61,272 nucleotides of DNA from Hydrolagus affinis. Lineage: Eukaryota. Each line of letters starts with the position of its first letter. The stretch's first letter is position 1. Positions 51,134 through 61,272 of the stretch are shown here, one piece after another. The notes beneath the pieces are model-generated. The model saw nothing but the letters and a program-made list of their open reading frames with translations, did not search any database and was not told where the DNA came from. The translations under genes and the position numbers were made by a program. The stretch covers positions 62,001 to 123,272 of the forward strand of contig JAAILG010000225.1 in assembly GCA_012026655.1 (NCBI GenBank), in the 5' to 3' direction.

Positions 51134-51344
51134 GTGAGTCTGTCGTTTCATCATGTAACTTGCTTTGTCACAATACTCTTCAATTTTGTGACTTCCTATT
51201 GCATGGGGGGATGGTAGGGGCGACTCATCTGATAGAGTTTGTACCTGAGCAGGGAAGTGGCTAAATGCACTGATATATAGTTTAAGGATAGGAACACTCA
51301 ACAGGTCAAGCAACATCTATGGAGAAAGGAAAGTGGGGTCCACT

Positions 51345-51475
51345 ACCCTTTGTCAGAACTCAGTTAAAATGTTGACTCACTTTCCTTTCTCCATAGATGC
51401 TGCCTGACCTGCTGAGTGTTTCTAGCAATATCTGTTTTTGTTTCTGATTTCCAGCATCTGCAGTATTTTGCATTC
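51345..51475 (+). mobile_element. Penelope-like retroelement terminal-repeat fragment
   Basis: ctccatagatgctgcctgacctgctgagtgtttctagca...gatttccagcatctgcagtattttg resembles a recalled abundant chondrichthyan Penelope-associated repeat. Confidence 0.55.
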
Positions 51476-54062
51476 TTTTTTAAATAGACTAAGGGTGTTG
51501 CTGCCTTGGGTAGAGGAGGTGGGGGGGGCTTGATTTTCAGTATCAAGGTGCCACCTCCACGTGCACCCATACACTGGGGAAAAGGCTCTTTTGGCTGTCT
51601 CTTGGCATCGAGAACCCAGATTTTCTTTTCCACACGGCTCAGTTTACCTAGCGGTAAGGCAATTACCCGCTTGCGAGGCAATTGTTGGATTGCTCTCCTG
51701 GGGTAATCACCCCATCAAAATACAATTATATAAAGAAACTTCATCATTCAATCCATAACTGTCTGTAGGACATGATTGGTGCGCAATTGGCCACATTTGG
51801 GCACAAGAATACAGAGTAAATCCACTTTATAATATATTCTGTGAAGTGCTTTGACACATCTCAAAGATGCGATAAGACACCATATCAAATGCAAGGAATA
51901 TTTTTGTTAATTTTTGAATCCCAGTTTCTGAGAAGCTGAGGCTATTTGTGTTTTCTATCCTGCATAGAATGCAACTAAACAATCTCCTTGGTCTAAGGTT
52001 CCGATCTAAAATGACAGTGGTAGGAAAATGCTGCCAATGAGCCTTACCCCTTCGGGGAGCTTCCATAATGCAAACCCTCGTGGGCTGACATTGCCTTTTG
52101 GTCTGATGGAACAATACTCTGTGGTGTTATCTGTTTGTGATCGACATTCTTGTGCAATGTTTGCATGATTACACATGAAGCTATAACCGAGCTGTAACTA
52201 CTTGGAAGCAAGCAGCTTAGTGGAACACAACAATGCCATCTAAATGATCTCTTCGATATGTGGTTGCCTATGTCACTGCAACATTATACCTGTCTCTCCA
52301 GCAAACCATGCGCTCCATCAACTACCATTCATTCATTCTTTCATTCTCAACTGCAACTTTGAAACGGTCACAAAAGTGTGTCAAAATGTATCAATGGATA
52401 AATAATTACCTTTTTGGGGTTTATCATGTTAAGGGAATGCTACTTCTGTTGCTTTATCTTTTGAGTTCTCATCTGATTTATTTTAAAAAATAAATTATAA
52501 GAAATGCTCCAATTTTTTAATTCAACAAAACTCACTCCACACAAGTCTTCTCCAGTCGAGGCCAAATTCTTCCCTTCTTGTCCAATTTTGGTGCTGAATT
52601 GAGAAATGTCTGTTGAGTGTGAGTGTAAAAAACAAATGGGTCAATCCATGACTGTTTGTGGGACATCCCTGTGTGCAATTCATTTTACAATGTACTCTGT
52701 GAAACACTTTGAGATGTCACAATTATGTGATAAGGCATTACAACAAATGTAAGTATTTTTATTATTATTAGCTGCCAAAATACCCTCTCCATCCAGGTTG
52801 AAAGTAACAAGCATCTTCAGTGAGTGGGGGCTAAATTATAAAAGCTGCTAAATATAAATATCTACTGAATAGTTTTGGTGAAAATAATGTTTAAAGGGGA
52901 TCTGAGATAACAGTATTGTGTAGCATTCTGCAAAACGTGCAACCAGACTGACACACCACAAGAGTGCTGTCATTCTTGTCTGCGAGTCCACCCAGTCAGC
53001 CTCAGTGGGCTGTTCTACTCTGGCATGTGCCTCACTAGATTCTCACCCAGAGCCACAACAGCCAATCACTAAATGGTGATCCATGGTGAGTGTGGGCATT
53101 GGTCCTATTTGACCTTTCCTAGCCAGCAGAAGTGGGAGTGAGGGAAGCTGGAGGTAATTGTGATGCTCTGGATGAGTTCAGGAATCTCAGCCTGGACCAT
53201 ATTTTGGTGGTGAGTTGAGTTCAGGCATAACTGTACCAGAGCATTTGGTGACCATGAGCTACCTGCAAGAGAAGCCATTTGCTTGAGAAACCAGCCCTGC
53301 CTGTGATAATGCTGAGACTGGGTGGTCAAAGGGGATGGACGTAATTTTCCATTTGCCAGCACTGACGTGCCTCATATTGATCAGCTAAAATCATTGAATA
53401 AAGCAACTTCATTGACACCAATTACCATCTCACTTCATATCCCAAGGCTTCATTAGACATCACACAAGAGAAAGAGACCACCAGGGTTGATTTGCACAGA
53501 ACTGGTTTAGTTTCTGAGGACTTGCTCAAGAAGTTCTTCAGTATCTTCACTCGTGCGTTATTGAACAGATGTCATGTCTTGTATTATCGTGGCATGAGAT
53601 CTCCATATATTCTTGATGATATTTCTAAAGAAATCTGAGTGCTCTTGAGGTCAAATCCCCCGAGCAGATAAACCAAGCCGATCTGCTCACATGGTCCATA
53701 AAGGATGAACTGCTATGGATGAACACACTGATGCATTCTGCTTTTTACTTTCATATCTGAATGAAAATAGACTCACTTTTGGGAGCCGGGTAGCTTCTGC
53801 TGTTATGAGTAACGTTTTACATGTCCCTGTCAATTTACATAGTTGTGACTTTATACTTGGAGGAGATGTTTTTTGATGTGAAGTTCTGTTACGGGTTCAT
53901 GAGCAGTGTCCTGACTGTGGCTGTGTACAGATGTTCACAGTGCGCTGCAGACATGAAAATCGTTTTGATTCAAGGTTGTGAAGGACTTGGGTCAGTTGTA
54001 GCTGTCCTTGCGTGAAGTCAGCACACACACAGTGGATGGACAGAACTAGGGATCTTCCGGGT

Positions 54063-54282
54063 CTTAGGAACAGGAGTAGGTCATTCAGTCACTCAAGCCT
54101 GTTCTGCCATTCTGTTAGATCATGGCTAATCTAAACCTCAATTCCAAGTACCTACTTTCTTTACTTATATCACTTGATACCCTGACCTAACAAAAATCTT
54201 ATCCATCTCAGTTTTGAAGATCTCGAATGGATCCAGCATCCACAGCCTTTTGGGGGAAGAAAGTTCCAGATTTCCACTACCC
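54063..54282 (-). mobile_element. CR1 3' end fragment, second family
   Basis: taggaacaggagtaggtcattcagtc...agttccagatttccactaccc. Confidence 0.7.
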
Positions 54283-54797
54283 AGTCATTTTTATAACTCG
54301 GTTTCCACTGTGCCATTGGAGGGCTGATCTTTGATGGAAATCCTTACCAACCCAAACACACTGATTCTTGGCCAGTTCACTCTGCAATAAGCAGCATTCA
54401 ACACCATAAGCCAAATGCAAGATTTCTGCTCATTCTTTTTTTAACCTTGATACACGGTTTATTTTCTAAGTTTTTGGATGAAGACATTTCATCCCATCAT
54501 TTTGTGAACCAAGCGCAGTACTCTCACATTACACAAACTTTTATGATTATCCATTTGGGGTGTAATCAATGACTGGAACAGGTTGCCAGGAAAGGTGGTT
54601 GAGGCCAGCTTCCCTCACTGGAATCCTTTTTAAAAACAACAATGAGATTGGTTGGGTGTCAGAGCCTTCTCCATCCAAACTGATCTTGTGAGAATCGTGG
54701 GTGAGAGAGATGTGGGGATGGGTTCCAAGTTACTTGGATACAGTTGCAGTCGTTGTACTTCAGATAAAGTTATAACACTTTTGTCTCTCCCCCACAG

Positions 54798-54972
54798 CTC
54801 AGTTTCCAGCACAAAGTAGGAGTGATGTATTGCAAAGCTGGACAGAGCACAGAGGAGGAGATGTACAACAATGAAGTGGCCGGGCATGCGTTTGAGGAAT
54901 TTCTCCAACTCCTGGGAGATAAAGTGCGCCTCAAGGGCTTCGACAAATACAGAGCCCAGCTTGATACCAGAA
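54798..54972 (+). CDS. SIPA1L1: SIPA1L1 coding exon 4, RapGAP domain ([26 protein letters not shown]...RAQLDTR)
   Basis: ctcccccacag acceptor, A|gtaagg donor; 175 nt; phase 0 to 1. Translated by hand because this frame is absent from the ORF track. Confidence 0.95.
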
Positions 54973-55049
54973 GTAAGGCTTGTAGAGAGTGACAGCGAAT
55001 TATCTTTTACCTGTGAAGACCCCATATTTTATCTCCATGCTTCATTCGT

Positions 55050-55383
55050 GGAGCTCCTGTGGCTCAGTGGTTAGAGCACTTCTCTTGCAAGCTGGGGAGA
55101 CCAAGCTGGGGAAACCTGTGTTTGAATCCAGGCAGGTCAGGGCGAAACCTTGGGCAAGTTTCCTTACTCCACACGCCTAATAATAATCCCTCCAAAAAAA
55201 CCACAATAATAAAATTGGTCATTCACTCCACGACTGTTGATGGGACACTGCTGTGCGCAATTGGCTGCCGCGATTCGCCCACAAATATATAGTCAATTCA
55301 CTTTACAGTATGTTCTGTGAAGCGCTTTGGGACGTCGATAAGATGTGAAAAGCGCTATATCAAATGCAAGGATTATTATTATT
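55050..55383 (+). mobile_element. Full-length Deu-SINE, head-duplication subfamily, about 80 nt downstream of coding exon 4
   Basis: Head, duplicated aagctgggga(g/a)acc, core and tail; many CpGs retained. Confidence 0.88.
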
Positions 55384-56325
55384 GTATATTCTTATTCCAT
55401 AAAAGCAATGTAGCTCTTAATCCCATTCGTCTATGGATCTGCACTGCTACAAATGGTCTGCAGGGTAGAGGGATATGTTTATTGATGTCTTTCAGGGCTG
55501 AGGAGGTTTAGGATGGGGATCAATTGATAGTAATGGGTCAGAGAAAGTGTTGAATTTTGGTATAACAGAATGAGTGAGATGGACCTTGACTTCTAGTCAT
55601 TGCAAGGACCAGATAGTGTGGACCTCGTTTCTCCTTTCACCAGCTTCTGGTTTATATTTCTGCAGGATTAAAGCATGTTCCCACAAAACTCTTTCCCAAC
55701 ATCTTTAATCCCACGTGTAGTCATTTTCTAAGCAGAACTTGGATCTGCCTCCACTGCCTCCATTCTGGATTTTTTTGGGTTAGCCAGGTGCTGATACGTG
55801 CAGAATCCCCAATAATGTGCACACGTGTATCCACACCAGAATTATTGTTCACATATGTATGCCACCTACACACATAAATTCCTGTGTTTGGATTTGAATG
55901 TGCACGTTCGGATATTGCTGGAGCTTAACTACCTAAAAACCAAGCTCCTTGTCTGGCTTTTAGGGTTAAGAAGAATTGAGTGGGAAGATTCCCTGCTCCC
56001 AATAGCATATTGACCAAGCTCTGCGTGTGCAAATTAGTTCAATCGAAAGTCTTCCTCCTTGGTTTGGGGAATATGCGTGACCATATTTGTCAGCACACAC
56101 TTCAGCAAGTTTATTGCATGTAGCCAGAATTCCCATGTACCAAATTGATGGAGTTGATGGTGAGAGCAGAGGAACAGGGTGTTCTGACTTTAATCTGTAC
56201 GATTCAACGGTGAATAAATCCTAAACAGCTATTGATCAAATTGTCTTGATCTGTCCAATAGCAGATTCCTGTCTGTGCTGAGTTGGATTTTGCTCTTGGT
56301 AACAATACTGATTCTGTTTTTTCAG

Positions 56326-56429
56326 CTGACTCGACTGGCATGTATTCCCTCTACACAACCTACAAAGATTACGAGATCATGTTTCACGTCTCCACCCTGC
56401 TTCCTTACACACCAAACAACAAGCAACAG
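56326..56429 (+). CDS. SIPA1L1: SIPA1L1 coding exon 5, RapGAP domain ([35 protein letters not shown])
   Basis: tttttcag acceptor, CAG|gtaggt donor; 104 nt; phase 1 to 0; carries the EIMFHVST RapGAP motif. Confidence 0.95.
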
Positions 56430-59239
56430 GTAGGTCAAGGTCCCTTTTAACGCACTGACCCCTTACACTTAACCACAGGTAGACCTTTCCTTTCATACGT
56501 CGGAGTCTGTTATGCTCAGTATCCCACTGAGAAAGCATTCAAAAAGCCATATGTAGTGCAAATGCTATTGTAAGCAGAGCTCAGAGCTCTTTGCCTGGAG
56601 GTCACAGTAACTCAGTTTTTTTCATCTGCATTTGTGTGCCAGTCAGACGTCATCTGGTGAAATAAGTCACACTGATCCCTGGATCTTACTAGTGCCAAGT
56701 GTGTCCTGACATACTGTCCTCCTTAGGGCAGGTATCCAGTGTTTAAAGGGGAGTGGGGACAGATGTGATGGGTAAAATCCTTCTGTTCCAGCATTACAAA
56801 ATGATACAAGGCAACACAATCTCCACAGTGGCTGAGAAAGGACTCCTCTTCAGAGGGACGTATTTCAATAGGACTAGTTTGAACATCAGAATGAAATCGA
56901 GTATGGACACTGCTCTGGCATTGATTGATTCCTGTTACACATATGTACCTCTAGTAGCTACAGTGGCTGACCCCAAATGTATTGCATTGTCTGCCACAGT
57001 TCCTTTCATATCAACCATATACATCTACTGATGGAGGAGGAAGACAGCAATGTCCACTGACAGCAAATCTCCTTTTCCTCGTGAACTACACCCATGTTTC
57101 TACAGAGCTCAGGAACTCGCATACAACTAGCAATGCTTAAGCGCTCTTTCCCCTCCCCCCTCACTCCCGCCTCCACCAACCCTCCGATTTCATTGAATAA
57201 AGCTGAGCCAACCATGGGTGTTTGGGTAATAATTATTCATAATAATAATAAGCTTTGTATTTGGCACAACAGCTTTTACATCAGAAGGACATCCCAAAGT
57301 ACTTGACTGGAATAATTTGAATAATTGGGACTTTTAACAGGAGCAAATAAATGGAAACTAATCTTTTATTTAGTCAGAAGCTTCTCCTTTCCAATGTAGT
57401 GCGAAATTGCATGCGGCCTGGCCTCTCTGTAATAAAATGTTGTGGTGGGATTATGAGCATTTATCAACCTTGAAACTGAATTCTGCGCCTGAACTCTTTA
57501 CCCCCACCCCTGCGCACACACACACTCTCACCACACTTGTAAATATATATGTGTATCCGAGGCCCATGTCTGAACTCGGAATATTCCCCCCATTTGCTAC
57601 TGAAACGCATTAAAACTAAACAAGCTCTTGGATGTTACCATTGATACTGACGGGAGTCACTCACAGCAACATTTTCTCAGACATCTGTTCACATTGAATA
57701 AATGCAATACGGCAATAAAGATAGCACAGATGCGGCTGATCAGGTGATGAATAACAATGTTGATCTTCAGTTCAGGCCAAAAGCATCACCTAATACAGAT
57801 CAGAAGGCTGCAGGTTTGCTTCCCATTCTGTGTGGTTCGTTACCCATTTTTAGCCAGGCATAGATTGGCTTTCACACCTTCGTAGGTTAGGTCTAATTTC
57901 CCTGGACTCACAGCTCGAGTGCCAAGTCAGGATTTTTAATTGCCTTGGAACGTCCTCCCAACATGAAAGGCGCTATACAAATGTAAACTTCTATTGTATT
58001 GTCCATCCTCCACTTACTGCATATGTGTACCTTGCATAAGCCACCCCTGTTTATTAATGAATAATTCTATTCTATGGTCCCATGCTCACTTAGAAATGGA
58101 GGGAAGGGAGAGAGAATATATACACTTAGACACAGCAGAAAAAGGCTCTTGCTCACTTGCGGTTAGATTTGAATTTGGGACACTGCTGAGTGCAATTGGC
58201 TGCCGTGTTTTGCCCACAAATATATAGTCAATTCACTTTACATTTTGTGAAGCACTTTGAGACGCCTAGAAGACATGAAAAGCGCTATATCAAATGCAAG
58301 GATTATTATTATTAATAGTATTATTATTATCCATACGTGAAAGGATTTTGTGGCTTGCTGCGCACCACCCATTCCTCATTCGTTTCCATCTCAGTGGGTT
58401 TTTTTTTGTTTCTGCATCAACATTTTACCAGTCACAAGGTTATGCTTGGGGGGTGGGTATTGACCAAAATTAGATTGGACATGCCATATGCAAGTTTAAA
58501 TTCATCTGGCAAAGTGAAACTGGGACATTTTAGCACAGGGTTCGCTTTGATTCTTACACATCTTTGCGGTTCGTTCATTTAGTGCAGTGTTCCTAAATAA
58601 TACCATAGTATTTGAAGCCTAAAGGCACAGTGTAATCTTAAATCATAAGAAGACAGTCTTCTGTTCATTTCCCCAGAATGACCTATGGAACATCACAACC
58701 CACGCTTGAGTTCTGAGCTCATTTATTGATCAAACTAAATTTTTGACAAAATTCAATACTCTGATCCACACAGAAAGCCAAAGGCATGTTTTCTGTTTAC
58801 TTTACTGTTGACTGTTCACTAGATGAGAGTTGTGTGACTTGTGATATGATTCCAATGTTTTAGAAGTGAACTATTCAGAAATGTATAGAAGGCAGTGAGA
58901 GGATATGCTTCGGGGATATTCATAATGTACTTAAAAGTGAAGAGTAGTTGTTTGGGGAATAAGCAATTTTTCATTGAAAGTGCTTCTCTTTCTTACTCCC
59001 TCCTCTCCCGCCGTGCTGAATGAAAACATGAAATCTCATATCATATAGCAACAATTTCTTTTGATTTCTCTCCACTTTGCAGCCACTGGCTTTGCGGCTT
59101 TGCTCACAAACTTACCTTTCTTGGGACGAGGCCATGTGCAAATGTGTTTACCTCTAAAAATCGTTGGCATGCGAGACATGCTTGTGATGAGGTGTTATCA
59201 AAATGGTGTTTTTAAATCCTGTTTTCCAATTCACAGAAT

Positions 59240-59513
59240 ATACTTTGAAGTGAATTGACTGCATATTTTGTGAGCGAAACAAGGCATCCAACTGCGCACA
59301 ACAGTGTCCCACAAACAGTCATGCATTGAATGATCAATTTTTTGTTTTCTTTGGAAGTATTATTAGCTTCAGAATAGTGGGTTTCTACTTACTTCTGGGT
59401 AAACTGAGGCTTGTGGAGAAAGGAAACTTGCTCAACGTTTCACCCTACCAGTAATCAAACCCAAATCTCTCGCTTGTGAGGCAAGTGTTCTAACCACTGA
59501 GCTGCAGGACTCC
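59240..59513 (-). mobile_element. Deu-SINE, longer subfamily, just upstream of coding exon 6
   Basis: Core cacaacagtgtcccacaaacag and head ttctaaccactgagctgcaggactcc. Confidence 0.75.
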
Positions 59514-59580
59514 ACATGACTTTTAATGACTTGCAACTTGAAAACCCATGTTTTGTTTTCTGTCTTTGTTTGGACTTCAG

Positions 59581-59738
59581 CTTCTTAGGAAAAGGCACAT
59601 TGGGAATGACATAGTGACCATCGTGTTCCAAGAGCCTGGCTCCCAGCCCTTCACCCCAAAGAACATCCGCTCCCATTTCCAGCATGTCTTTGTTGTTGTG
59701 AGAGCTCACAGTCCTTGTACTGAGAACGTCTGTTACAG
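59581..59738 (+). CDS. SIPA1L1: SIPA1L1 coding exon 6, RapGAP catalytic helix ([18 protein letters not shown])
   Basis: cttcag acceptor, AG|gtgagt donor; 158 nt; phase 0 to 2. The catalytic asparagine-thumb codon AAT at 59605-59607 is intact. Confidence 0.96.
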
Positions 59739-60466
59739 GTGAGTCAAACTATACTTACTGAGGCGAGTGTAGCTGCCTCTCTTGACTGGTCCACAAGTTA
59801 TTGCAAAGTAGCTTCATTCAATACATGAATTCCTGGAGAGGCACTAGCTCACAAAACACTATAACTACAGAGTTTACATAAATCGAGATAATCTATCAAA
59901 TGTCACTTTTGATTCAGTAGTGAATGAGTTCAGACCTTAAAATTATATGGTGGTGGGCATCACAGCTGAGCTTAAAAAACGCAGCCACAAATGGCCATTC
60001 TGTAACTGGAACATGAATTCTGGTTGATCCTTTCTCCCTTCCTAGCCCAGGGTCATTGAGGCTACGTTTAATAAGAATAAGAAAAATATCCTTACATTTA
60101 ATGCTGGAGCTGAGATGATCAAAGTAAGCACTGACCACAAATTGAACCCGGGATATTCCAAGTCTGTAAATGGCTCAGTTGCAGAATCATTGAATGAAAG
60201 ACGACTGTTCAACTATGAAGTGGTGCCATTTGATATGCAGAATGAGCACTTGGCCCATTTAAAGGCCATCATTTCTAGGAAGCTTTACACACTGAGTGCT
60301 CTCTTCGGGAGCAGGGTAGATGTTAAGTACACAACAGTGCAGTGTTCCTAGCAAAACCACTGAGGTTCACAGTGGATTGAGAGTAAACAGCGCTCTGCTC
60401 TTGCCGTATTGGAATCCGGGCTCTCGCAGTAAAAAGACCAACGCTTGTGTTGTACTTTGGTTCTAG

Positions 60467-61043
60467 TGTTGCTGTGGCGAGGTCGAAAGACGTGCCTGCC
60501 TTTGGACCACCCATCCCCAAGGGGGTCACCTTCCCCAAGTCGACGGTCTTCAGGGACTTTTTACTGGCCAAGGTGATCAACGGCGAGAACGCAGCGCACA
60601 AGTCGGAGAAGTTTCGGGCCATGGCAACCAGGACACGTCAGGAATACCTGAAAGACCTGGCGGAAAACAGCGTCACCAATACACCCATCGACCCTTCGGG
60701 CAAGTTTCCCTTCATCTCTCTGGCGACTAAAAAGAAAGAGAAATCGAGGCCGTACCCCAATGCAGAAATGCACAGCCCGGGCTCCATGGTGTGGAATGTC
60801 CACGCAGAGGACTACAGCTGTTCTGCTGAGATCGATAGCCTGTTGGGCATCTCCAATGAGTTTGTGGTCCTGATTGAGGAGAGCTCGAAACAGGTCGTGT
60901 TCAACTGCTCCTGCAGGGACATCATTGGATGGACTTCTAATCTCACCACCACAAAGATCTTCTACGAGCGAGGGGAGTGCATTTTCCTCCGGACCTTCAA
61001 CCACAACAACGAGGAGATTAAAGAGATTGTCAAAAGGCTAGAG
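60467..61043 (+). CDS. SIPA1L1: SIPA1L1 coding exon 7 (end of RapGAP domain to [10 protein letters not shown]); gene continues beyond the window
   Basis: ttctag acceptor, GAG|gtgagt donor; 577 nt; phase 2 to 0; [37 protein letters not shown]. Confidence 0.95.
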
Positions 61044-61143
61044 GTGAGTCCTTGGTTTATTGCTGTGAGACCTGGAGCTTTTAACTCGTGTCTTGTATTG
61101 TGTGATTCTCATTGTGTGATTGAATTGTGTGATTGAATGATTG

Positions 61144-61272
61144 ATCCTCGTCCTCACCTTCAAGGCCTTACACGGCCTTGCCCCGCCCTATTTAACCACT
61201 TTACTCTCCCCCTACAAGCCCACCCGGACCCTCCGTTCAGCAGGACTCGGCCTGCTCCAAGCCCCCCGCCCG
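61144..61272 (+). mobile_element. 5'-truncated L2 LINE, ORF2 C-terminal region, running off the window
   Basis: Open frame ILVLTFKALHGLAPPYLTTLLSPYKPTRTLRSAGLGLL matches the FKALHGLAPxYL..LRS motif typical of the L2 ORF2 C-terminus. Confidence 0.85.

Noticed and set aside
4866-59513. Recurrent motif aaatgcaaggattattatt as a possible CRISPR-like or regular array
   Set aside because: Irregular spacing, both orientations and always part of SINE tails in a eukaryotic locus.
60561-61004. 147-aa antisense ORF
   Set aside because: Shadow of coding exon 7.

Overview
Vertebrate genomic DNA. The repeat complement suggests a cartilaginous fish, probably a holocephalan/chimaera (inference). The window holds the 5' part of one plus-strand gene, SIPA1L1 (SPAR, a Rap GTPase-activating protein). 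I reconstructed seven coding exons with GT-AG junctions and consistent phases: 35628-37146, 49512-49642, 50945-51133, 54798-54972, 56326-56429, 59581-59738 and 60467-61043. They total 2853 nt (951 codons) and the gene continues past the window end. The first ~35 kb is probably 5'-UTR intron, with one candidate non-coding exon at 1066-1129. The introns are full of tRNA-derived Deu-domain SINEs, L2 and CR1 3' fragments, and five non-autonomous DNA transposons with intact TSDs. I see no prokaryote-type system and no clearly new gene. The most notable observations are: three uORFs in the start-codon exon, one overlapping the main ATG; a read-through ORF followed by two AATAAA signals; a duplicated 19-nt microexon-like unit with a 41-nt identical core; DNA transposons repeatedly inserting into SINE tails; and two hammerhead-like relics. 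All readings were made by eye and repeat boundaries are approximate unless a TSD is given.
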